Assembly: GCA_037447605.1 (NCBI GenBank)
Contig: CM074818.1
Span: 496,001 to 560,000 of the forward strand
Direction of reading: 5' to 3'
DNA from: Zygnema circumcarinatum SAG 698-1b
Lineage: Eukaryota > Plantae > Zygnematophyceae
Length of the DNA: 64,000 nt
Below the pieces are notes generated by a model. That model was not told the origin of the DNA. It did no database searches and was given only the letters and a program-made list of their open reading frames with translations. Numbering within the stretch: the first letter of the stretch is position 1; each line of letters opens with the position of its first letter. The position numbers and the translations under genes are program-made. Below, piece after piece: positions 51,671 through 64,000 of this stretch.

Positions 51671-53518
51671 CCGCCTGCCGCAATGCAGAGCCTTCTCTCA
51701 GCTTCAAATAGCGTGCAACGGCGCCGTCCTCTTTCGACAGCCATCCTGCTTTCAAGCTTTCAAGCTTTCAAGCTTTCAAGGCTATCGTCATGGAAGAGCG
51801 GCCGAATTCCAGAAGAGTGAAGCTTCTCACCCTCTATTGTTTCCTGATATCATTTCCAGGCAAGCGAGTGTGGTTGATTTGGTTATGTATCCATAGAGGA
51901 TTACTTCAAGGAAGTTCGTTTCTTGTCTCTTTAGACGTACTTACTTTGACAATCGCAATGCCTTTTCTCAAAATAAGTTGCAGCAGTCCTGGCAGTGATT
52001 CAGTCAGCATGGACATTGCCTGTCCCTAACTGACTATTGATGTTGAGAACATGGAGCTGTGATTTGTGATGATGAGTGTGAGAAGTGTGCCGGATGACTT
52101 GGGGATCCACTTTGACCGTATGTCGGATCTATCTTTCCCTCACTCCCACTTTCCCTCCCTCCCTCTCCCCACTCGCTCTCGCCCACTCCCTCTCCCTCTT
52201 GCCCTCTCTCTCGCTCCTCTTCCCCACTCTCTTGCCCTCCCTCCCACTCTCGCCCTCGCTCTACCCTCTCTCTCTCGCTCGTCCCTCCCTTCTCTCTGTT
52301 TCCCTCTCTCTCTGTCTCATTCTCTCTACCTCTCTCTATCTCTACCCGTCCCTCTCTCTCCACCACTCCCTCAACCGCTCTCGTCCTCTCCCTCTCCCTC
52401 TCCACCTCTTTCTCCCTACCTCCCTCTCTATATCGCTCTCTCTCCACCTCCCACTCATTACCGCTCTATCTCTCACTCTCTTTACCTCTCTCTCTCTTCA
52501 CCTCCTTTTCCCTCCCTCACTCCATGCCCTAACTTTCTTCTCTGCAGACCGCCTGTATTCCGCTGTGGCAGGAGAATTTAACACTTTGGCCAAAAGAAAC
52601 TTGCGCCAAATCGTCTCCCCGAAAGTAAAAATAGGGAAGGCCAGCAGTTTCGATATGGGGATGCCGCGAGGCGCCTGAGTGGCTGCGTGGTCCATTCAAA
52701 TTCTTTCTGCTCGACAGCGAACCACGAGGAACAACAACCAACTCTCCCCGGACCATAACACGACGGTCACTTTCCGCCGGTGCCGCTGCGCACGTGCCAG
52801 CGAACAAACGCCCGTTAAACTGGACCCCGTTGCACGCGAACTGGAGAGTGCATGGAATGGAACCGAGATGTTTCGTATCGAGATGTGCAACCTGAGAGTA
52901 TCGTATATATCGAGGTATCCCTGCGATATTCATGGCTTCCAGAAGCTGCCGTCTGCCGCGGCCCTGTTTGCTTGCAGGCGTCTTCTTCCCCTAAATGTCA
53001 GTGGCGGTTTCGCCTTCTATCTCGTATCGTCCTCCCACTTCGACACAGACAACAGTTATTGTAAACAATCTCTTGATTGCGCCATGAGCGCGACTTCAAT
53101 TCCATCCGTTCTCTCTCTTCTTTCGCATATGTTATAGGCAGAACCGGAGAAAACACGGCATTGCATACACTGTTATTCTGACGGCGTTGTGGAGGCATCT
53201 GCACCGCCATGGGATAGTGCATGCATTTCTGAGTAGCAAGTATTGAATGACTTCTGGACCAGACCTGCAGGATACCCGCCATGGCTTTCCTGCAGCGAGC
53301 GTTGGCACGAAGGCGGTGGCAGGCCCTCTGCAGCCGCTCCTCTATGCAGGCCTTCGCCGCGCGGTCCGTCAGCCATGCCGCAGAGCGCGCTCCTCGGCCG
53401 CTTTTCTATGACGATGGCGGCGAAAGCTTGAAAGCAGGATGGCTGTCAAAAGAGGACGGCGCCGTTGCACGCTATTTGAAGCTGAGAGAAGGCTCTGCAC
53501 TGCGGCAGGCGGGTGAGC
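51665..53518. repeat. Inverted repeat: 51665-51761 vs 53422-53518 (95/97 identical), with weaker extension to 51803/53395
   Basis: Seen: GAAAGCTTGAAAGCAGGATGGCTGTC(A/G)AAAGAGGACGGCGCCGTTGCACGCTATTTGAAGCTGAGAGAAGGCTCTGCA(C/T)TGCGGCAGGCGGGTGAGC occurs on opposite strands. Confidence 0.92.
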
Positions 53519-54011
53519 ATGCAGCGGAGGGTAAGAAGCTGCAAGGCGTGAAGGTGGCAGGTGGACGGAACACTCCAAGGCATTTTTCAGACAATGTGTT
53601 TGAGAATGTATGTAAGGATAGGGTGTTTTCTCTCCTTGATGAAGTCAGAGTCGCACAAAGAACACGGTCTGTAAATAGTGTCTCGGAAGACTTGCAAGAA
53701 TTGGTGAATGCGAAGTTGAAGCATTGGCACGGGAAGGTGGATGGCGTTGCTGCTATGCGCATATTGCAGCGCTTGGATCGAAATATTTCGCTCGCGCAAT
53801 GCTTTTATCATTGGATTAGAAGCCAGCCAGGCTTTAAAGTGCACCCCTCCCATGTCGGAGTCTTAATAAAGATCGCAGGCAGAGCAAAAGAGTTTGCTGT
53901 GATGGAGGAATACTTGAAGAACTTCTTTTCACTTACTGGAAAACCCCCCGATGTTATTGAGTTCACGGATGTTATGAAGTCCTACGCGGAGGCTCAGCGC
54001 ATTGATAGCAT
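53281..54011 (+). CDS. Pentatricopeptide-repeat protein, 5' part (truncated by gap 54012-54111); organelle-targeting-like N-terminus
   Basis: Seen: Arg/Ala/Ser-rich presequence; ISLAQCFYHWIRSQPGFKVHP..VGVLIKIAGRAKEF and PDVIEFTDVMKSYAEAQRID match the typical PPR N-terminal and first-repeat pattern. Confidence 0.75.
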
Positions 54012-54458
54012 NNNNNNNNNNNNNNNNNNNNNNNNNNNNNNNNNNNNNNNNNNNNNNNNNNNNNNNNNNNNNNNNNNNNNNNNNNNNNNNNNNNNNNNNN
54101 NNNNNNNNNNNCTCCTACTATTCCCCTTCTCTTTGACTTTTGCCTTCAATACATGTGAGCTCCCCCTTGCCCTTAAAGGCCCTAAAGAAGCGCAACACTC
54201 GCTATTCAGACTGCAAAAATATATGGCCTATAAAAAGAAGTTCATTCACCTAATGCTCTTCTCTACCCTATACATATCTCAACCCTCACCCTTCCCCTCC
54301 CCCCTCCCCCCCCCACTCTCTCTCTCTCTCTTCCTTCCCCTCCCCTCTCTCGCTCTCTCCCTCGCTCTCTCTTCTCTCTCTCTCCCTCTCTCCCTCCCTC
54401 CCTCTCTCCCTCTCTCCCACTCTCCCTCTCTCTCCCTCTCTCTCTCCCCCTCTCGCCC

Positions 54459-56336
54459 TCACACATGCCCATCCGCCTCCACTTGCAAGAGCGCTACAAG
54501 CCCTACAAGAGCGTTTCGGAGCAGGTCGCTGCGCGTCCCGGGCTTGTTCCGATCCATGGAGTTCCAAAAGTGCCGCACGTGCCGGCCCATGTTGCCCGTG
54601 AACTCGCGATGTGGAACAATGGCAAGGTGCCGCTTGTACTTGTTGATGATCATGTGGAGGCGGAACTGCTCCCAAGGACGCTTGATGAAGTTCTTGCCGG
54701 GGGTCTGGTCATCGTACCACTCATCCAGGAACTGGTGGGAGAGAGAGAGAGAGAGGGAGGGAGGGAGGGAGGGAGGGANNNNNNNNNNAGGGAACGGGGA
54801 GGATGAGAGGGTGAGAGGGAGGAGGAAGGGGGAGGAGAAGGGGTGAGAGGGTGAAAGGGAAAAGGAAGGGGGAGGGGGAGGGGTGAGGGGAGGGAGGGAG
54901 GGAGAAGGGTGAGAGTGTGAGAGGGAGGAAGGGGGGGGGAGAGGGGGACGGGTGAGGAGAGGAAAGGGGAGGGTGAGAGGGTGAGAGAGAGGAGGTAGGG
55001 GGAGGGGTTGGGAGGAGGAAGAGGGGGGGAGGGTGGGAGAGAGGGGACAGGAGGAGAGGCAAGGAGTGGAGAAGGAACGAGTCTCAAGCACAACAGAAGG
55101 TTTGAAATCACTGTTTTAAAGTCCCTGTTCTACTTTGATTTTGAGTTTGTGTTGAGTTTGAGTAACAGTTTTCTTTCAAGGTTCCTTTCTCAAAAATCGA
55201 TTTGTGGACGTTTTGAAAGTGGGAACGACCAATGGGTTGTGCTCAAGATACAGGTGCTTCTTTCTGATGGAGAGAAACATCTCCAAGTTCCTATCTTTGA
55301 GTTCATATGGGCCATGGATATATTGATAGATAGTAAATAGACGAGAGTGTAGGCAGATACCGCATTCAGGGAGCGAAGGCAAGTCAGAATTGGGGGTGAG
55401 AGAGAGAGAGAGAGAGAACCAGATGGGAAGGGAACAGGCCAAAACATGGGGAGGGCGAGCCAGGAAAAAGTGGGAGGAAGGCAGAGAGACACGCACTGGT
55501 AATGTTGTCTATATTGTGAGTAAGGGAAAACATAATGTAATGAAGGGGAGAAGGTGGGGGAGGAGAGATTGAAGGGAGGGAGGAAAGGAGGGAGAGAGGG
55601 AAGGCTGAAAGGAGGGAGAGAGGGAGGGAGGAAAGGAGGGAGAGAGGGAGGGAGGAAAGGAGGGAGAGAGGAAGGGTTGAAAGGAGGAAGAGAGGGAGGG
55701 CGGAAAGGTGGGAGAGAGGGAGGGAGGAAAGGAGGGAGAGAGCGAGGGTTGAAAGGAGGAAGAGAGGGAGGAAGGAAAGGAGGGAGGGAGGGAGGAAGAA
55801 AAGGAGGGAGAGAGGGAGGAAGGAAGGGAGGGAGAGAGAGAGAGAGGCAGGAAAGGAGGGAGAGAAGGAGCTCCGAACGAATGAAAACTCGAATTGACAG
55901 AGCATTACAGAGTGGGGTTGTACGTACTTCATGAGTGAGGCTTGAATTTCTCAACAGAACGACTCCAGTATTGACAAAGTCCAAGCAGGCCCCGGGAATC
56001 TCCGGAAAGAAGCAGTTGGAGTGGCCGTTCCTTGGCAGCAGTCCGATGAGCTGAGTGTCGGACTCGGGGGGGTCGAGCATGTGAGTGGGGGACTCGGGGA
56101 ACCACGATTGGTACTTCATGTCGATGTTGGGGTGCTGGATGGCATCAAAGTAGTTCTGCAGCAACAACAACAACAACATGCAAGTCACATAGGAGGAGGA
56201 GGAGGAGGAGGAGGATTAGGGTCAATTAGGGTTTAGGTCCGCAGTTGGAAAGGAATGGGGTGACGAACGTGAAGTTGAGATTCAGACTGAGGGCGGATGA
56301 GGTAGGTGGGGGGGAGAGAGGGAGAGGGAGGGAGGA

Positions 56337-56372
<36 letters not shown>

Positions 56373-56541
56373 AGAGAGAGACATGAAGACTGAAAAGTGA
56401 AATTACACCTAACGGAATGCGGTCAAGAGCATGAATTTGAAATTCAAACTCAGAGGACGGAGGAGGAGAGAGAGAGCGAGGGGAAGAGAGACAGAGAGAG
56501 AGAAAGAGAACGATCGACAGAGAGAGAGAAAGAGAGAGTGC

Positions 56542-56584
<43 letters not shown>

Positions 56585-58369
56585 CTGGAACTACACCTAA
56601 GAAGGATGCGGTCAAGAACCTGACCCTGAACTCCAAACTTCAAACTTCAAATTTCAAACTTTAAACTTCAAATTTCGAACTTCAAACTGAGACGTAAAAA
56701 CTGCAAACTGCCATCTTCAACTGCAAACTCAGATGGACCAACTCCTGATCCCTATTAATCCCATTTCCGTACATGTATACGGCCTTCAACCGTACACATG
56801 TACGGACCCCATCCGTACCGGAATGGTGAGCTTCCGGAGCCACTGGTCCATGGATAGTGAGTGGTCGTCCATGCGAAGGTACGCGTCGGAGTCGAGGAAG
56901 AGCGCCCACTGGCAGCAGCACCGCAGCTGCTGTTGTAGGTACCGCACTTTGTACCACGCGGGGGCGCGGGGCTGCGCCTTGGAGGCGAACTCGCTCGAGG
57001 AACTCACCACGAACTTGTACCCGTGCCGCTGGGCGTACAGCCTGGAGGGAGGGAGAGGGCGGGGGGGGGGGAGGGGGGGGGGGAAGGGAGGGGGGGGGGG
57101 GGGGAGGGAGGGGAAAAGGGGAGGGAGGGAGGGAGGGGAAAAGGGGAAGGGAGGAGGGGAGAGGAGGGAGGGAGGGGAGGGAGGGAGGGAAGAAGGGAGG
57201 GGAGTGGGGGAGGGGAGGGAGGGATGGGGGGAGGGAGAGATGGAGGGATGGAGGAGGCAGGGGGGGAGGGATGGAGGGGGGAGGTAGGGAGGGACGGAAG
57301 CAGGGAGGAAGGGAGGGAGGGAGGAAGGGAGGGAGGGAGGGAGGGGCAATAGAGGGTAAGATGAGAACTTTGTCTCTGTCTCTCTGTCTCTCTATCTCTC
57401 ACTCTCCCTCTCTCGCTCACTACCTCTCTCTCTCTTACCTACCTCCTCCCTTCCCTCCTTCCACACAAGGAAATCACATCCTAATTCCTCCTTGCGGCAG
57501 TGTGAACCTTGACCCAATTACGTTTTTTTCGTCATATTCTAAATGTTCCCACAACCTCACTCCGTTGAATTTCTATTCCTGTTCACTCTTCCATTTCTTA
57601 TTCCCTTATCGCCAAAGAACAAATTCAGTTCACTTCAATTCACTCCAAAATTCACTTCAATTCAATTCAATTCACTTCAAAAAACACTTCAATTCACTTC
57701 AATTCAATTCCGGAAAAGAAAGTATCGCATATATTCCTCACTTGTTTATGATTTTTGAGGAGATCCAATAGGGGAGGTCTTTCCCCCTCGTCTCCAAATA
57801 CGAGTTTGGGGACTCCGCCGCGGAGCGAATTTTGAGGCCTCGGTTGTCCATATACAGGATGCACCCCTCGCCACGTGGCGCATTGCCGCTGGTCGTCTCG
57901 CTCTGCTCTTTGTTGCCATTGGTCGCTCGCTGCGTGTTATCGCTCTCTTCCGCCACGTGTCCCTCCGTACCAAATGACGTGTAGTGTGGACTATGCCCTC
58001 TCCCGCTCGCATGATCGGCGGCCTGCACCCATCCATGCATGCATCCATGTATGTATGTATGTATGGATGGATGGGGTCATGCATGCATGCATGGATGGAT
58101 GGAATGCATGCATGGATGGATGCATGAGCGGTTATTTCTCTCCTTTCACCATAGAGATAAGTGACATTTGAACATTTGAAAAAAATTAAAAATCAGAAAT
58201 TTGAGTTCAAGAAAAAAGGCCGCACCTCGCCGTTGACGATTTGCGCCACGTCCGATGTCCAGCGTTGCCGCAGGCTTTGACCAGCGCCCTCTGCCACGTC
58301 AGCCCTAATGGAGGGAACGTGAGGGAGCAGCAGCAGCAGGACCGGCAAGAAGAGGCGGAAGCGCGCCAT
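54459..58369 (-). CDS. GT34-like glycosyltransferase, paralog B; exons 58369-58226, 58022-57742, 57041-56819, 56155-55928, 54731-54459
   Basis: Seen: MARFRLFLPVLLLLLP signal/anchor; GCILYMDNR..LPYWISSKIIN, YAQRHGYKF, PAWYK, WALFLDSDAYL, FVNTGVVLLRNS, FLDEW, PWEQ; colinear with paralog A. Confidence 0.87.
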
Positions 58370-61303
58370 GGCGGGGAATGTAGGCGGAGAGGGCGAGAGG
58401 GAGAGGGCGACGAAGAGGGAGAGGGAGACGGAGAGGGAGTGGGAGAGGGCGAGGGAAAGGGAGAGGGAGAGGGAGAGGGAGAGGGAGAGGGAGAGGGAGA
58501 GGAAGAGGGAGAGGGAGCGAGAGAGGGAGGGAGAGGGAGAGAGATGTACAGGGAGAGGGCGAGGAAGACGAGGGGGAGAGTGTTCAGGCGCCGACTACCC
58601 GCCAGTTTCATGTTATTGGTTTGGGAGCTCCGCAATATGCGGAGCTCCAGGGTGTTGTCGTATTCGAGGAGCAAATAGAGGCGCGGCGACGGCGAAGGAC
58701 CGCGGACGGTCCACTGTGGAGGGCGGATCCGGGCAGGCGCTCCCCGGGAGGACCGCACGTGCGAAACGGTACGCCCTGCTCCAGGTAGGACCAGAGGGCT
58801 TTGACTTTAGTGAGGACCACCTGTACGGCAAGCCCCAATGGCATGATTCGCAGGACACTTGGCGAAGACCAGGGGGCGGCGAGAAATTGGCGGGAAAACG
58901 GAAGGTGGGCAGTTCTAGTTACAGTTCCAGTTAGCCTGTTTGTGGTTTTAGTGTCTTGTCTGCAGTTCCATGTCGCAGTTGCAGCTAGCGTATTGTATTT
59001 CTTTGGTTGGAAAAGCTGGACTTTGAGACGGTAAAACATGGGCAATCAATCAATCAACGAATAAGAGGCTGACACGCCAGCATAAATTGCGTACGTAGCA
59101 GCTTTGAATTTCAAAATTTCTCCATTCTCGACCTTGGGCGGTGGATTTCGTTGCTTTGCAAAAGTCGGTGTGTCGGTGAGCCTATGGGCGCCGCCGGCCG
59201 AGGGGCGCTCAAAGGACTGACGAAAGTCGGTGCCGACCTACGATAATCTCGTATTTGTCGCCTGGAATGGACCTCACCCAACGACGTCGTCTGTCGTTGA
59301 GGAAAAATCCAAACATGTTCGTCGTATTGATGTACGATTTGGAATCGTGTTAATTACCTAAATGAAATACGACACTTCAAATTCGGCACCTTCTGGTCAA
59401 CGATTGTGACGTGCCGAAAATGAAGACGTGTTCGTACGTTTGACTGTACGGTCAGGTGTGGGCGAACAGTAAACGACAGTACAACCCCCGACGGTGGTCA
59501 AACATTTTCTGAATAAACGACCAAAAGTACAAGTGTCCAAACCGAGACCTTTGACCCCATTGTCGCGTCTGTTTCGTACGGCCACTTGTCGCCTCTTTCC
59601 AATTTTGTATGAGGCCGAAATTTTGGATGTTTTGCACGTGTACGAGGAGTCCGAGGAGGAGCTGAGGAGCGCTGTGCTTTGGACACGTGCCCTAAACCCT
59701 TGAACGGCGAACACTCAGCCTCATAGCACTCAAAACCCCAGCGGCAAGCGAATAAGAAACAGCCACGTAACACTAAACCCTCTATGGCGACTTAGAAACG
59801 TCCGCTGGCAGCTGACTTGGCGGAATAGAAGCTACAGACAGGCGTGATCGATTGACACGTGGCATTAGGGCTGGCACGTGGCAGCAGGTGAGTGGCTGGT
59901 GCTTTCCCGGCATCCACGTGGCAGCGTTCCATTGGTCCTTGTTGGTTCGATTATGTGAGAAGGTGGTTCTCAGCAGATTGTTTATTTTGAGCACTAGGAG
60001 GAATTTTCCAAAAAGTTTAGAACTGAAAAACTAAAACGAGAGTTCGGAAAGGGGGTGGATGAGGGGAGGGGCATTTTTTTAATTTTTTTTTCAAGGGCTT
60101 GAAAGTTCAGGGTTTCGGGTTTCGGGTTTAGGGTTTAGGGTTTAGGGTTTAGGGTTTAGGGCTCAGGGTTTAGGGTTTTCAGGGTACCCTAAAACCCTGA
60201 AAACCCTAAAATCGTGCACTGAATCGGGTCACGTTTGGTCCAATGCGCAGCACACACATATTTGTCCAACTCATATGTTGAATGCATGGAGAAAATCTCG
60301 CCTGGCAAGGAGATAGAAAGAGAGAGAGGTGGGGGGAGAGAGAGAGGGGGAGAGAGAGAGGGAGAGAGAGAGAGAGAGAGGGAGAAAGAGAGAAAGAGAT
60401 GGGAGGAGAGAGAGAGAAAGAGATGGGAGGAGAGAGAGAGAAAGAGATGGGAGGAGGGAGAGATGGGGGCAGACAGAGATGGGAGAGAGAGGGAGAGATG
60501 GGGGGGAGAGAAAGAGTGGTGGAGAGAGAGGGAGCAAGAGCGAGATGGGGGGAGTGAGAGAGAGGGAGAGAGATGTGGGGGGGAGAGAGAGAGAGAGAGG
60601 TGGGGGGGAGAGAATGAGTGGGGAGAGAGATGTGAGATAGAGCGAGATGGGGGGAGAGAGAGAAAGGGAGAGAGATGTGAGAGGGAGAGAGTGAAAGAGA
60701 TAGAGATGGGAGGGAGAGAGAGAGAGGCGTGTGGTAGTGACGTTGCGGTGTGCGCGTAGGCGGTAGGGGCACAACCCAAAGGGCACAAAAAGTGTCGTGT
60801 CCACATTCCACCCTTTCCTTTGTTTTGCGCCCTAAAAATTCACAAAACCCTAAAAACTCGAAATCAACAGGTGTTTGGAATTGTCGTGCAATGGTTCACC
60901 CTTTGCCGTCTCGCTCTCTCTCTCTCCCCCCTCTCTCTCCCTCTCTCCCACTGTCTCTCGCACACTCTCTCCCAAACACTGTCCCTCTCCCCCCAACTCT
61001 CTCCCTCTCCCCCTCGCTCCCCCATCTCTCTCTCTCTCTCCCGCCTCACCTTCGCTCTCTCTCTCCCAACCACTCTCTCTCCCCCATCCCTCTCTCTCTC
61101 GCCTCACCTTCGCTCTCTCTCTCCCAACCACTCTCTCTCCCCCATCCCTCTCTCTCTCGCCCTCTCTCCACCATCTCTCTCTCACTCTCTCTCTCCCAAC
61201 CTCTCTCTCTCTCTCGTCCCCCCATCTCTCTCTCTCGCCCCCCATCTCTCTCTCTCTCTCTTCCCTAATTCTATTTTGAAACCCCTTCTTCTTTTTTGCA
61301 GCC

Positions 61304-63358
<2,055 letters not shown>

Positions 63359-64000
63359 GTGAGGGAGAGGGAGGGAGGAGGGAGGGAGGGAGGGAGGTGG
63401 GAGGGAGGGAAGGGGGAGGAGGAGGCTCTATCGTGCGGGTGTTAGCTAGGATGGGGCTGGTTGCTGTTGGGTTTGCTAATAGGTTTAGTTTTTGAATGGG
63501 GAGAGTGAAAGGGAGAGGGGAGCAGGAGGCGGATTGAGGTGAGAGAGGGAGCGAGATTGAGAGAGAGGGAAGATGCAAGATAGCTTGAGAGGGTGAGAGT
63601 GGGAGAAGGAGACGATAGGGGAGTAGAAGAGAGTGGAGAGTGGGAGAGAGAAAGGTGAAGGGGGAGGAGGAGAGAGTGCGAGAGTGGGAGAGGGGGAGGA
63701 GGAGAGAGTGCGAGAGTGGGAGAGAGAGGGAAGGGGGAGGAGGAGGAGGAGGATGGGGGAGGAGGGAGGGAGGGAGGGAGGGAGGGAGGGAGGGAGGGAG
63801 GAGGGAGGGAGGAGGAGGGAGGGAGGGATGGGGGAGGGAGGGAGGGAGGAGGGATGGGGGGAGTGGGAGGGAGGAGGGATGGGGGGAGGGAGGGAGGGAG
63901 GGAGGGAGGGAGGGGAGGGAGGGAGGGAGGGAGGGAGGGAGGGAGGGGAGGGAGGGAGGAGGGAGGGAGGGAGGGAGGGAGGAGGAGGAGGAGGGAGGGA

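Overview
Eukaryotic nuclear DNA from a draft assembly with many 10-100 N gaps. Plant-type TTTAGGG repeats, an RLK/Pelle kinase, PPR, a UBP27-like protease and plant-type alpha-amylase point to a streptophyte. The GA/CT- and telomere-repeat-filled introns suggest a streptophyte alga, possibly Zygnematophyceae (inference). About 11 spliced genes were reconstructed by hand with phase-checked splice junctions: a 2H-phosphoesterase-like protein, an orphan membrane protein, a SETD6-like methyltransferase, a FemAB-like/DUF482 protein, a secreted two-domain Pro-rich protein, UBP27, an alpha-amylase homolog, an RLK/Pelle kinase, two GT34-like glycosyltransferases, a partial PPR protein and an extensin-papain chimera. 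There is also a truncated ATG7 fragment, a Tc1/mariner-like MITE, a foldback element, several minisatellites and two gap-flanking duplications that are probably assembly artefacts. Most ORFs in the supplied track are low-complexity artefacts. The most interesting signals are: (1) an intact 10-exon, plastid-targeted alpha-amylase homolog with degenerate catalytic residues (candidate pseudoenzyme); (2) a secreted protein with two copies of an unrecognised 5-Cys domain joined by an HRGP-type rod; (3) strong over-representation of the palindrome GCCACGTGGC, mostly inside coding exons; (4) intron-like repeat DNA retained in frame inside a SET domain. All family calls come from motif recognition, not from database searches.
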